From an uncultured Planctomycetaceae bacterium (lineage in GTDB: Bacteria > Planctomycetota > Planctomycetia > Planctomycetales > Planctomycetaceae), in contig CAWFAK010000005.1 of NCBI GenBank assembly GCA_963813715.1, forward strand, positions 1,152,001-1,216,000: a stretch of 64,000 nt of DNA, given 5' to 3'. Made by a program: the position numbers and the translations under genes. Below the pieces are notes generated by a model that saw nothing but the letters and a program-made list of their open reading frames with translations, had not been told where the DNA came from and did no database searches. Positions 47,712-60,940 of the stretch are shown piece after piece. Position 1 is the first letter of the stretch; the number at the start of each line of letters is the position of its first letter.

Positions 47712-49121
47712 ATGACTCCCAAAGAGGTTTTGGCGCTGTGCCGCGAACGTGAAGTTCGCGCCGTCGATCTGCGGTTCATGGATTTTCCGGGGATGCCCAA
47801 GCATTTCACCATCCCCGTCCAGACCCTGAATGAACGCAGTTTCGAGGAAGGTTTCAGCTTCGACGGGTCCTCCCTCCGCGGCTGGCAGGCCATCAACGAG
47901 AGCGACATGCTCGTCGTGCCACAGCCGGAAACGGCGATGGTCGACCCGTTCATGCATCACACGCTGGCGATGACCTGCAACATTCAGGACCCCATCACCC
48001 GCGAAGATTATGCCAAGGATCCGCGCAACGTTGCCCGGAAAGCAGAAGCCTACATGAAGTCGACGGGCATCGCCGATCTGGCGAATTTCGGCCCGGAGGC
48101 GGAATTCTTCGTCTTCGACGGCGTCCGCTTCGACCAGAACGAACACGAATCGTATTACCACATCGACAGTGCCGAAGGGCAGTGGACGCGCGGGAAAACT
48201 GGCAACGGCAACGCCGGCTATAAAATCCGCTACAAGGAAGGCTACTTCCCCGTCCCGCCGGCCGACACGCTGCAAGACGTTCGCACTGAGATGATGCTCG
48301 CCCTGCAAGAGTGCGGCGTCGAGGTTGAGGCCCAGCATCACGAAGTCGCCACCGCCGGCCAGTGCGAAATCGACATGAAGTACGGCCCGCTCCTGCGCAC
48401 GGCCGACAACCTCATTCGCTACAAGTACGTCGTCAAGAACGTAGCCGCCCGCCACGGCAAGACGGCCACTTTCATGCCCAAGCCGGTCTGGAACGACAAC
48501 GGCTCCGGCCTGCACCTACATCTGTCGCTGTGGAAGAAAGGCGAGTCGCTCTTCGCCGGCTCGGGCTACGGCGGCTTGAGCCAGATGGCCCTCTACGCCA
48601 TCGGCGGCATCCTCAAACACTCGGCCTCGCTCTTCGCCTTCTGCTGTCCGACGACCAACAGCTACAAGCGGCTCGTCCCCGGCTTCGAGGCGCCGATCAA
48701 CCTCACCTACAGCTATCGCAATCGCTCCGCCGCCATCCGCATTCCCGTGCACGCACCGAGTTCGGCCAACAAGCGAATCGAATACCGCTGCCCCGACTCG
48801 TCGTCGAATCCGTACCTCGCCATGTCCGCCGTGCTGATGGCGGCCCTCGACGGCATCCAGAACAAAACCACGCCCGGCCCGCCGCTCGACAAAGACATCT
48901 ACGACCTGGCCCCCGAAGACCTCGCCGGAGTCCCCGGCGTTCCCATGTCGCTCGAAGAAGCCCTCGCCGGTCTGCGGAAGGACCACGACTACCTCCTCCG
49001 CGGCGACGTCTTCACCGAAGACGTGATCGACACGTGGATTTGGTACAAAACCACCTACGAAGTCGAAGCCCTCCGCCAGCGACCCCACCCCTGGGAGTTC
49101 GCAATGTATTTCGACATCTGA
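47712..49121 (+). CDS. glnA: Glutamine synthetase type I
   Basis: FDGSS, FGPEAEFF, HHEVA, ATFMPKP..NGSGLH, NSYKRLVPGFEAP, NRSAAIRIP, RIEYRCPD. Confidence 0.97.
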   Translation: MTPKEVLALCREREVRAVDLRFMDFPGMPKHFTIPVQTLNERSFEEGFSFDGSSLRGWQAINESDMLVVPQPETAMVDPFMHHTLAMTCNIQDPITREDYAKDPRNVARKAEAYMKSTGIADLANFGPEAEFFVFDGVRFDQNEHESYYHIDSAEGQWTRGKTGNGNAGYKIRYKEGYFPVPPADTLQDVRTEMMLALQECGVEVEAQHHEVATAGQCEIDMKYGPLLRTADNLIRYKYVVKNVAARHGKTATFMPKPVWNDNGSGLHLHLSLWKKGESLFAGSGYGGLSQMALYAIGGILKHSASLFAFCCPTTNSYKRLVPGFEAPINLTYSYRNRSAAIRIPVHAPSSANKRIEYRCPDSSSNPYLAMSAVLMAALDGIQNKTTPGPPLDKDIYDLAPEDLAGVPGVPMSLEEALAGLRKDHDYLLRGDVFTEDVIDTWIWYKTTYEVEALRQRPHPWEFAMYFDI

Positions 49122-49143
49122 GATCTGAGCGGAGCGGAACATT

Positions 49144-49181
49144 CCGGGGGCTTCCGCAGAGCGGAGCGCCCGGGCCACCCG
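49144..49181 (+). repeat. REP-like repeat family B (CCGGGGCTTCCGCAGAGCGGAGCGCCCCGGCCACCCG)
   Basis: Further copies at 51262-51298 (reverse), 51387-51423 and 52053-52088. Confidence 0.85.
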
Positions 49182-49415
49182 TCGCGCAGCGCACGTACTC
49201 CAGTCTCGCGAGCGCGCACGTAGCCCGGCGAGCCTCCAGCGTCAGCTGGAGGGTGCTTATTCTTTATCTTCCTCTCCCACCGCGCCCTTCAGCCTCCGCA
49301 AAGCTTCGCCGCATCTGTCACACGCATCGAACGAAATTCTTGGGAAAACCCGCCCAGCGGCGATACGATAAATCGCGCCGCCGGTTCGTTCGATCCGTGA
49401 AGAGGAGGACTCGCC

Positions 49416-51131
<1,716 letters not shown>

Positions 51132-51173
51132 CCGCCGCGGGCCGAATCATCGACGCCGTCCGCATTTCATCTT

Positions 51174-51214
51174 CCCCCCTCTCCCCTTGCGGGAGAGGGG
51201 CCGGGGGTGAGGGG
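51174..51214 (-). repeat. REP family C, empty IS110 target site
   Basis: Reverse complement reads CCCCTCACCCCCGGCCC-CT-CTCCCGCAAGGGGAGAGGGG. Confidence 0.9.
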
Positions 51215-51972
51215 TAGGCTGCAGAGCCCGCGAGCGTCCCGTCTCATGTGCCACTGGCGACCGGGTGGCGGGGGCGCTCCGCCTTGCGGAAGCCCCCGAG
51301 GCCTGGCGGGTTAGATTCCTGGACTCGGGTGATACTCCGCTTTCAACGGAGCACGCATTTCCTTGGCCGTCGTCGAATCGAACCCTCCGGGGCTTCCGCA
51401 GAGCGGAGCGCCCCGGCCACCCGTCCACAGAGCGGCCCAGCCCCGCGTCCGCTCAGTCCCCGTTGATCCGCCCGAAAAGAGCGTCGCGCATCCGGCCGTC
51501 TTTGCCGGCACTGGCCCATTTCGTTCGATACTCGGTGGCCAGCGCGCGACGTTGGACAATCTCGTAGTCGCTCGTCGGCACGGGAAGCCGGGCAAAGGAG
51601 GTCAGGTCCGCTCGAATCGAGTCTTTGCGGGCTCTGGTCATTCGTGGCCGCAATTTGCTGATCAGCGCCCTCGCGGAGTTCCTTCTTGAGCGTTTCCCAA
51701 TCTTCCGCCGACATCGACAGTCCTCTTAATGGCATCTCGCGGAATTGTCCGCGTTTCGAAGGCCGAATCATATCGCCCCCGTTCTACGCCCGCCATGACA
51801 GGGTGGTCGCACGTGGACACCCAGCGCGGCTGCTAACAGACCCGGCGAGCCCGCAGTGTCAGCTGCGGGGTTCTTATCTCGTCTTCTCCTGAGGCCGAAC
51901 GGGCCGAGACAGCTATAGCCCAGGTCGGAGCGCAGCGCAGGCCTGGGAACCCGAGCCACCACCATTTCATTT

Positions 51973-52014
51973 CCCCCCTCGCCCCTTGCGGGAGAGGGGC
52001 CGGGGGGTGAGGGG
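51973..52014 (-). repeat. REP family C, empty IS110 target site
   Basis: Reverse complement reads CCCCTCACCCCCCGGCCC-CT-CTCCCGCAAGGGGCGAGGGG, essentially identical to the joined flanks of IS copy 2. Confidence 0.9.
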
Positions 52015-52110
52015 TCGTCGCTGTAGATGTCCACGTCGCCGAAGCGTAAATTCCGGGGCTTCCGCAGAACGGAGCGCCCAGCCACCCGTCCGCCCGCGTC
52101 AGGAGTGATG

Positions 52111-52335
52111 ATGCCGAAGAAGCCGAGAATCAGGGCCTTAGTCAAGTTCGACTTCGACCAAGTAGCGGTGGAATATCATCGGAAGTATCCGTTCTCCAGC
52201 GAGGACCGGTTCGTTTATTTAGGAGACATTCTGCAAATGGGAGGGCACTCGATCGTCGTGCGGCTGAGCGACGGCCGAGTTTTCTGCGGTTACCACACCG
52301 AGAATTTCGTCGAGCTCAAGGAGGACGAATGCTGA
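52111..52335 (+). CDS. Small hypothetical protein
   Basis: RBS AGGAG at 52101; sequence YPF..FVYLGDILQMGGHSIVV..GYHTENFVEL looks globular. Confidence 0.6.
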   Translation: MPKKPRIRALVKFDFDQVAVEYHRKYPFSSEDRFVYLGDILQMGGHSIVVRLSDGRVFCGYHTENFVELKEDEC

Positions 52336-52565
52336 CCGCAATTTTCGAATGTCGCCGAGCAACACACCTCGCACCCACTACTGCCGCATCGATATCCGCG
52401 CCAAGGAAAGTTGGTCGCTCTGGTTTCCGACGCTGCTTGCAGTCAAGAATTTGCACTAGGTCGCTGGCGTTCGTGAGCGATTTTCCGGAGGGCGGCCGAA
52501 CATAATGCGCTGGTTCTGGGTCAAAGTCTCAGCGGCTCGGCTTCTCTTACAGCAAAGGTGCTGAA

Positions 52566-53675
52566 TTGCTATTTGACGACATCCAGCGGTCCCACCTCGG
52601 GACCAAGCGGGATCGCGAACCGCCCTTCGAGTTTCTTAATCGCAGTGCGCGCCCAGCGGTCGCAAAAGTGCGGAACCTCCTTGAGTCATGGTTCGCCAAT
52701 CTATCCGAATGCGACAAAAATAGGCTGAAACGCGACTTTCAGAACAAAGACGATCGCCAATTCAAAGGCGCCTTCTTCGAACTTTATGTCCATGAGTTGC
52801 TTAAAAAGACCGGCCATTCGGTCGCCGTTCATCCCTCTTTGAAGAACACAACACACAACCCGGATTTTCGGGCGACGCCTATCGTCGGTCCGCCCACGAT
52901 CGTGGAAGCCACTGTTGTAACAGAACAATCGAATGAGGCACGCCGTCTTGAATCACACACGAAGTCGGTCGAGGACGAGATAAACGAGCGGTTGCATTCC
53001 AGCGATTACCTGCTCCAACTGGAGATCAATGGGTCACTGAGTGAAAGTCCCGCTATGGGAAAATTGTGCCGCTCGATTGGCAAGCATCTGGAGTCCCTCA
53101 ACTACGAAGAGGTTCTGTCGCGATTCGACGCTGGGGTGCACGAAAGGCTCGAGTTTCGATTGAATCGCGATGGGTCGACGGCAAGTGTCACGGTCATTCC
53201 TAAACCACGAACGATTCGTGTCATCAGCCCCAACGAAAATATAGTCGCATTTCCCCAAATCAAATGGTTCTGTGTCACATCCCGCGCCGCGATCCGCAAC
53301 GCGCTGAAAAGGAAGGCACGCCACTATGGTACGATCGCAGAGTCCTACGTTATCGCTGTCAACGTGGTGAGCGAGGAAAGCGACGAGGAAGAGCTTGTCA
53401 AGGCGATTTACGGCCGCGAGGGCCTCTGGCCGTCGGGGCGCGCAGTGCATACGCGTGTAAGTGCAGTGCTTGTCCTTGCTCACTTAAACCCGTATTCCGT
53501 CGCAACGTCACAGCCACGTCTATTTCACAACCCACATGCGTCCACGCCTTATTTCGGGCCCCTTGCGATTGTGACGCAGGTATTCGTTCATCGTGGCCGT
53601 CTTCGTTCAATCGAGGGCACGGCGGCGTGGCAAATCTTCGGACTAAGCCGCAACTGGCCGCGAGGCGGCGTCTAA
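52566..53675 (+). CDS. Lower-GC hypothetical protein with a possible PD-(D/E)XK nuclease fold
   Basis: 369-aa ORF; FFELYVHELL...NPDF..IVEAT; visibly AT-richer than flanks. Confidence 0.65.
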   Translation: MLFDDIQRSHLGTKRDREPPFEFLNRSARPAVAKVRNLLESWFANLSECDKNRLKRDFQNKDDRQFKGAFFELYVHELLKKTGHSVAVHPSLKNTTHNPDFRATPIVGPPTIVEATVVTEQSNEARRLESHTKSVEDEINERLHSSDYLLQLEINGSLSESPAMGKLCRSIGKHLESLNYEEVLSRFDAGVHERLEFRLNRDGSTASVTVIPKPRTIRVISPNENIVAFPQIKWFCVTSRAAIRNALKRKARHYGTIAESYVIAVNVVSEESDEEELVKAIYGREGLWPSGRAVHTRVSAVLVLAHLNPYSVATSQPRLFHNPHASTPYFGPLAIVTQVFVHRGRLRSIEGTAAWQIFGLSRNWPRGGV

Positions 53676-54743
53676 CCTCCAACGTACCCGTCCTAATCGT
53701 GAGTCCCAACCGGCAGAGATCTCTTGCCCAGGGTCAGCGTAGGAGGTTTTCCCGAGCCGCCCGATCCATCTTCTTGAACCCCAGCGGGGCGACAGAGGAT
53801 AGCCCGGTGTGTAACCCTGGGATCTCGGACGGTGGATTTCGCCTTGAGCCGCGCGAGGGGCGGCAGAGGCAACGTCGGGCCGGTGCGCCTTCACGCAACT
53901 CGTCGCAAAACAAAACTCTGTCGCCCCTCCCGGGGCTTTGGAGATTCTCTTCGGCCTCCGTTACCCAGCGTTGAAACGCTGGGCTATTTTCTGACGCCCC
54001 TGGGCGGGGCTCGAATTCAGATTCGATGCGGCAGTCCACTCGCTGACGGCCCGCGTCGGCGATCCCGGAATCCGAGAAAACTGATCTTGGACGGATCTCG
54101 GTTTTGTGGCTGAATGGAGAGAGCGGATCTCGGCGCGAGCGATTGAGTGCGCACGGAGGGCACAGACAGTCCAGAGTCCAATGTCCAAAGTCCAAGGTCG
54201 AGAGGGACGGGACACAAATCACCCTCACCCCGACTCTCTCCCATCCGCAAAGCGGACGGGCGAGGGGGAAGAGAAGTCCGCAGGCAAGCGCAGCCCGCGA
54301 GGGATAAAGATCCCCGCCGGGGACGAATAAGGACGCCCGCCGCGGGGTGGGGATCCTTTTTTCACACAGAGTCGAGGGAAAAAAGATCCCCGGCGCGGCG
54401 GGACAAGTTGTCCCGCCGGGTCCGCCAAAAGTGGTCCCGCCGTGACGGGACTCTCACAATTGATATAAGGGGGGTGGACCCACCGACGCGAGTCCCACCG
54501 GTCAGTGTCGATCCGTTGAGTGGCGATCCGGCCCGGCAATCGGGACGGGACTCGGGGAAGTCCAATGTCCAAAGTCCAAGGTCCAACGTCGCAATTCCGA
54601 CTTTGGACTTTGGACCGCGGGACTTTGGACCCACGCTGGGACGGGACACGTTGTTTCACCGAGAAAAGCCCGGAGAAAACGGCCCCCTCACCCCGGCCCC
54701 TTGTATGTTGAAAAAAGATCAATCTGCGCATTTGATGGTGACA

Positions 54744-54935
54744 GCTGTGGGAAGGCTTGCGAAGCGTAGCGAAGCAAGGTTTCCCACAGCGGCCGGCGGT
54801 AGATCGTCCGCCCTCAGGTCCAAGAAGACCGTGGGAGAGCTGGATCGCCGCCGGTCTCATGAGATCAGCCCGAACAGCCGTCAGAGCCGTCGTGGCGCCA
54901 GTCGCCGCTCGAGCTCGCATTCGCAAGGACGGGAC
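54744..54935 (+). ncRNA. Predicted bridge RNA of IS110 copy 1 (ends approximate)
   Basis: 5' hairpin 54744-54790; target-binding loop with GGGAGAG (54833-54839); donor-binding loop with ACAGCCG (54874-54880) and GCAAG (54923-54927). Confidence 0.8.
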
Positions 54936-54941
54936 ATCGTC

Positions 54942-55894
<953 letters not shown>

Positions 55895-56294
55895 CTCTTG
55901 AAAAGAAACACAGCCGCTCTCCCGTCTTGCCGGCGTCCGCCGCTTCGGCGGTCAGTGCCGGCGCGGACTCAATACGGGGAGAGGGGGGGAGATGTGGATG
56001 GGGTCTTGGGATCCTGGGCCTGCGCTGTGCTCCGACCCAGGCTATAAGCTGTCGCGCCCCGTTGGGGCTGGAGAAGATTGGGACGGCATGGGACGGGACA
56101 CGTTGTTTCATCGAGCGTATCCCGGCAGATTCGACCGCCGTCCCTAATCGATTGCCGCCGACGGATGGTGGGCGTGCGCCCGCCCGCGGCGGATTTGTCC
56201 CACCCTACGGGATCGCGGATGAGCGAAGAGGCCCCCTCACCCCCGGCCCCTTGTATGTTGAAAAAAGGTCAATCTGCGGCATTTGATGGGGACA

Positions 56295-56486
56295 GCTGTG
56301 GGAAAGCTTGCGAAGCGTAGCGGAGCAAGGTTTCCCACAGCGGCCGGCGATAGATCGTCCACCCCGAGGTCCCAGAAGACCGTGGGAGAGCCGGATCGTC
56401 GCCGGTCTCATGAGATCAGCCCGAACAGCCGTCGGAGCCGTCGTGGCGCCAGTCGCCGCTCGAGCTCGCATTCGCAAGGACGGGAC
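56295..56486 (+). ncRNA. Predicted bridge RNA of IS110 copy 2 (ends approximate)
   Basis: Same fold as copy 1; GGGAGAG 56384-56390, ACAGCCG 56425-56431, GCAAG 56474-56478; compensatory stem change. Confidence 0.8.
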
Positions 56487-56492
56487 ATCGTC

Positions 56493-57444
<952 letters not shown>

Positions 57445-57817
57445 CTCTTGAAAAGAAACACAGCCGCTCTCCCGCAAGGGGCGAGGGGAAAAGCCTCGGG
57501 GGACGGGACGGGACACGTTGTTTCACCGAGCGTGGCCCGAGGAATTTGGCCCTCACCCATCGGAAGCCGACGGGCGAGGGGGAAGAGACCCAACTCGCCA
57601 AAGGGCGGGAGAGTCAGGTGCTCCGCGCGAAGGGTTGGGTGTTTCGGCTGGTTGGCCAAAGACTGACGTCTGCGGGCCCTTTGCCGCAGATTCCGAACGG
57701 GTAAGACGATGTTTATGAGGTCGGCGCTGTCGGCGGACGTGGCTGATTTTGCGGCCCGACATTCGACACGCGGTCGGTCGCACGGCCGCCTGCGAGCGCG
57801 GCTCGGCCGATCTCACG

Positions 57818-58761
57818 ATGGCTCAACTGACCGAAGCACAAACCCAGCAAATCATCGACCAGTGCCGCGACCACGTCGGCCAGCTGGCCGAGACGTTTCG
57901 CACGGCGATTGGGGTGCGAGATTCGTCTGTCGGCCGGAGAGCCGAGCAGCGTCGGCGAGGCGGGCGGGCTGGCCGAGTTTCAGGTGCCGGGCCTGGCCGT
58001 GGGGATTGCCGTCGGCGATGAGGGGCTGATCGTCCTCATTCCGCAGACGTTGCCGCTGCCGGCGTGGTATCGCCAGCCCGACGTCAGCCAGAACAATCAG
58101 CTGCAGACGTTCGCGCACGAGCTGTCGACGGTGCTGCTGCCGGCCGACCTGGAGTCGCAACGCTTTGCGGCGACGGCGACCGAGAACCTGATCGAAGTGG
58201 CGCAGAGCGCGAAGGCCACGCCCTCGGCCAAGATGATCGAGCTTTCGGTCTTTCACACCGACGGCACTCACGAGGCGGCGGTGGCCAAGTTGCTGGTGAT
58301 CGTGCCGGTCGCCGAGCCGCCGGTGACGCAGCCGGCAGAAGGCTTGGGAGCGGGCGCACTCGAATCCATCGAAGAGTCGGAAGAGTTCGACGAGGGACTG
58401 GCGGAGGATGGCGAGGAGTTGATTCGACGAGGCCGGCGACGACGGCTCTGCTCAAGAGGCGGCCGCGTCGGCCGATGCGGCGCTGCGGGCCCTGCGAGTT
58501 CTCAACGTGCCGGTGACCGTCAGCGTGCGGCTGGCCGAGCGAAAGATGTCGTTGGGGACCGTGGTGGCGCTGGTGCCGGGATCGCTGGTGACGTTCAACA
58601 AGTCGTGCGAGGCCCTGCTCGACCTGTACGTGAACAATCATCGCTTCTGTCAGGGCGAGGCGATCAAGATCGGCGAAAGCTTCGGCCTGAAAGTGTCGAA
58701 GGTCGGCGTGGACGAGGAACGCCGCGAGCGGATCGTTGAAGGCCGAGGCTCCCGGGACTGA
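57818..58761 (+). CDS. FliM/FliN C-terminal (SpoA) domain protein; frameshifts near 57910 and 58440
   Basis: C-terminal VPVTVSVRLAE..PGSLVTFNK..LDLYVNN..GEAIKIGESFGLKV; acidic linker. Confidence 0.75.
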
Positions 58762-58808
58762 CGTCCCAGGCTCGGGTGCGATCGATCCTCGCTCGTAGAC
58801 ACGAGCGG

Positions 58809-60570
58809 TTAGTAGCCGACGGCGGCGCCGTCTTTGCGGGGCTCGGTGCCGCCGTGCAGCGTGCCGTGCTCCTGGTCGATACGGATGCCCTGATAGCCGC
58901 CGAAGCCGTCGTCCGCTTTGTGGACGATGTGATGGCCTCGCTTGGTCAGCTCGTCGAGCGTGGCCTGCGGGATGCTCGATTCGACGTCGACCTCGCCGCC
59001 GCCCGACTCCATCGGCCGGCCGGTCGGCGTCTGCGAGCCGTCGTGCCGCACGCGGCCGGCGTCGCCCGCGGCCTGCACGTCGAGGCCGAAGTCGATCATG
59101 TTGAGCAGCACCTGCACGTGCCCCTGCGGCTGCATGTCGCCGCCCATCACGCCGAAGGCCAGCCAGGGCTTGCCCTCCTTCGTGACCATCGCGGGGATGA
59201 TCGTGTGGAAGGGCCGCTTGTGCGGCTCGAGCGAGTTGAGATGCTTGGGGTCGAGCGAGAATTGCGAGCCGCGGTTCTGCATCACGAAGCCGACCTTGCC
59301 CGGCACGAGCCGCGAACCGAAGCCGGCGAAGTTGCTCTGAATGAACGAGCAACAGTTGCGATCCTTATCGACGACGCAGAGATAAATCGTGTCGCCCCCC
59401 TTCGCCAACAGGGGATCACCGGGATCGACCGAGTTGGCCGCCCGCTGGGGATCGATCCGCTTCCGCTGCCGGGCCGCGTATTCCTTGGAGATCAGCTGCT
59501 CGACGGGCAGCTTGGCGAAGCTGGGATCGGCGAAGTACTTCGCCCGGTCGGCGTACGCCAGCTTCTTCGCCTCGATGAACAGGTGCAGATAGTCGGGGCT
59601 GTGCCGGCCCATCGAGCGGAGGTCGTAGCCCTCGAGGATGTTGAGGATCTGCAGCACGGCGATCCCCTGCCCGTTCGGCGGCAGTTCCCACACGTCGTAG
59701 CCGCGATAGTTGGTGGAGACCGGCTCGACCCAGTTCGAGGTGTGGTCTGCAAAGTCCTTCTTGGTGAAGTAGCCGCCGTGCTTCTGACTGTACGAGACGA
59801 TCTGCTCGGCGATGGGCCCGCGGTAATAGGCGTCGCGGCCTCCCTCGGCAATCGCCCGCAGACTGGTGGCCAGGTTCGGATTGCGGAACAACTCGCCCAT
59901 GACCGGGGCGTGGCCGTTCGGGTAATAGGTCGCACCGGTATCCGGATAAAGGTGGGCCAGCGGCTCGCCCCGCTTCCAATAGCCGGCGATGATCTCGGTG
60001 ACTGGAAAGCCTTCCTCCGCATATTGGATGGCCGGTGCGACGAGTTTGCGAGAGGGGCATCGTGCCGAAGCGCTTGCCGAGCTGGTCCCAACCGTCGACG
60101 CAGCCGGGCACGGACCAGGAGAGGATGCCGTTGCCGGGAATCTCTTTGAGTCCCTTCTCCTTGAAGACCTCGCGATTGAGGGCATACGGACTGCGGCCGC
60201 TGGCGTTCAGGCCGTAGAGCTTCTGCGTTTTGTCGTCCCAATAGATGCAGAACAGATCGCCGCCGATGCCGCAGCTCATCGGCTCGACGAGGCCCATCAT
60301 GGCGTCGGTGGCGATGGCGGCGTCGGCCGCGTTGCCCCCCGCCTTAAGGATGTCGAGCCCGACCTGCGCGGCCAGCGGCTGGCTCGTGGCCACAATCCCG
60401 TGGCTGGCGACCGTGGCCGAGCGGCTCTGATGCGGAGTCTTCGTGGGCCGATCGTATTCGCCGGCCGACGCGGCCGTTCGGCCCGCATCAAAGGGCAGCT
60501 CCAGCATCATCGATCCCGAAACGAAAGCAGCCAGCAACGGCAGGGCAAGGCGAGGAAGCGATCCGGACAT
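58809..60570 (-). CDS. ggt: Gamma-glutamyltransferase; frameshift near 60050
   Basis: TSQPLAAQVG..GGNAADAA, EPMSCGIGGD, LNASGRSP, ELPPNGQG, GDTIYL (nucleophile Thr), KRPFHTIIP, GVMGGDMQPQG. Confidence 0.93.
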
Positions 60571-60940
60571 TTCTGAGCCCCTCGAGCGCAACTCATGAGA
60601 ATCAGGCCGCCAGTCATCTCGCGGAAATGTGGCAGTTTTTTGAAATGACGATCTCCAAGATACCCCGCCGTGTGTCTGGACGAAACCGGTCGTGACGAAT
60701 TGGGTACGGCCGGTCAGGCTGAGCGCCGCCGCAGGGGCAACTGCGGCGAATCGACGAAAAGCGGCCAAGTGACCGTGCCTCGTCAGCCAATCTGCCGTAG
60801 ACTACAGTATTGGTCCAAAACAGGATCACGGCCCAAAAGCCGCGGGTGCCCTGGCCCGCTGAACGGATGCGTCAGGAAAGTCCCGCTGTCCCGCCCCGAT
60901 CTGAACCCGCCACTGCAACGCCCTATCGAAAGAGCCATTC

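Noticed and set aside
46878..48515. 545-aa minus-strand ORF as one protein
   Set aside because: The first ~345 codons are antisense to glnA and the inverted repeat; only 46878-47477 has recognisable domains.
51343..51771. Toxin-antitoxin pair
   Set aside because: Short ORFs overlap repeats and have no recognisable motif.
54147..54941. Long N-terminal extension of the IS110 recombinase (also 56283-56492)
   Set aside because: The DEDD domain starts right after ATG 54942/56493; the upstream frame crosses the IS boundary, repeats and the predicted ncRNA.
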